This document shows positions 63,713 through 64,000 of a DNA stretch of 64,000 nucleotides, in pieces. The notes beneath the pieces were generated by a model. The model was not told where the DNA came from. It made no database searches and worked only from the letters and a program-made list of their open reading frames with translations. The DNA lies in NCBI GenBank assembly GCA_043228905.1, contig JBHGNT010000015.1:3038001-3102000 (forward strand). The letters run 5' to 3'. The stretch's first letter is position 1, and each line of letters starts with the position of its first letter. Position numbers and translations under genes: made by a program. The stretch is from Azolla caroliniana. Its lineage: Eukaryota; Plantae; Polypodiophyta.

Positions 63713-64000
63713 GCTGTCAAAATTAATAATAAGATACCAATGAATTTCCTTTAGAAAACACCAAGTGATTTATCTGTAATCACCCAGACAAGAGATAAGT
63801 AGATACATATGGTTAATACACATATGCATGGTGTATATACATTCACATACACACGTATATGCAGGTAAATGTTTTACCAACAGCTAAATGACTTGCCAGT
63901 GTCAGATATATCACATGCAATGCATGCAATGTGTGTGATGTATGTACTTAATCACACAGACATGCATATATAAATTCATACTGCTGACACATACATACAT

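Overview
Land-plant nuclear DNA, probably a fern or other non-seed plant (inferred from Tcn1-type chromovirus and fern-style PLS-PPR fragments). The first ~52 kb is nested transposons. The last ~11 kb holds two convergent host genes: a 7-exon EF-hand mitochondrial carrier gene (+) and an intronless UDP-glucuronate 4-epimerase (-). Nest 1: a hAT transposase relic is interrupted by a Tcn1 chromovirus. The chromovirus integrase is split by a young Tork/Tnt1-like copia (TSD GTCGT) and by an 11.2-kb non-autonomous element (10385-21592) with CCCGGGG termini and an 8-bp TSD. This element is the main find. It carries a same-strand series of captured host fragments (acidic ribosomal protein P3, IQD with its intron, two SAM-synthetase pieces, PPR) plus a LINE. 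Nest 2: an old gypsy with a ~960-codon accessory ORF is interrupted by a short tRNA-Trp-primed gag-only LTR element (4-bp TSD, tRNA-like A/B boxes in its LTRs), which is in turn interrupted by an intact CCGG-rich copia. All calls come from manual reading and recalled protein motifs. No database searches were run, and coordinates of degenerate features are approximate.
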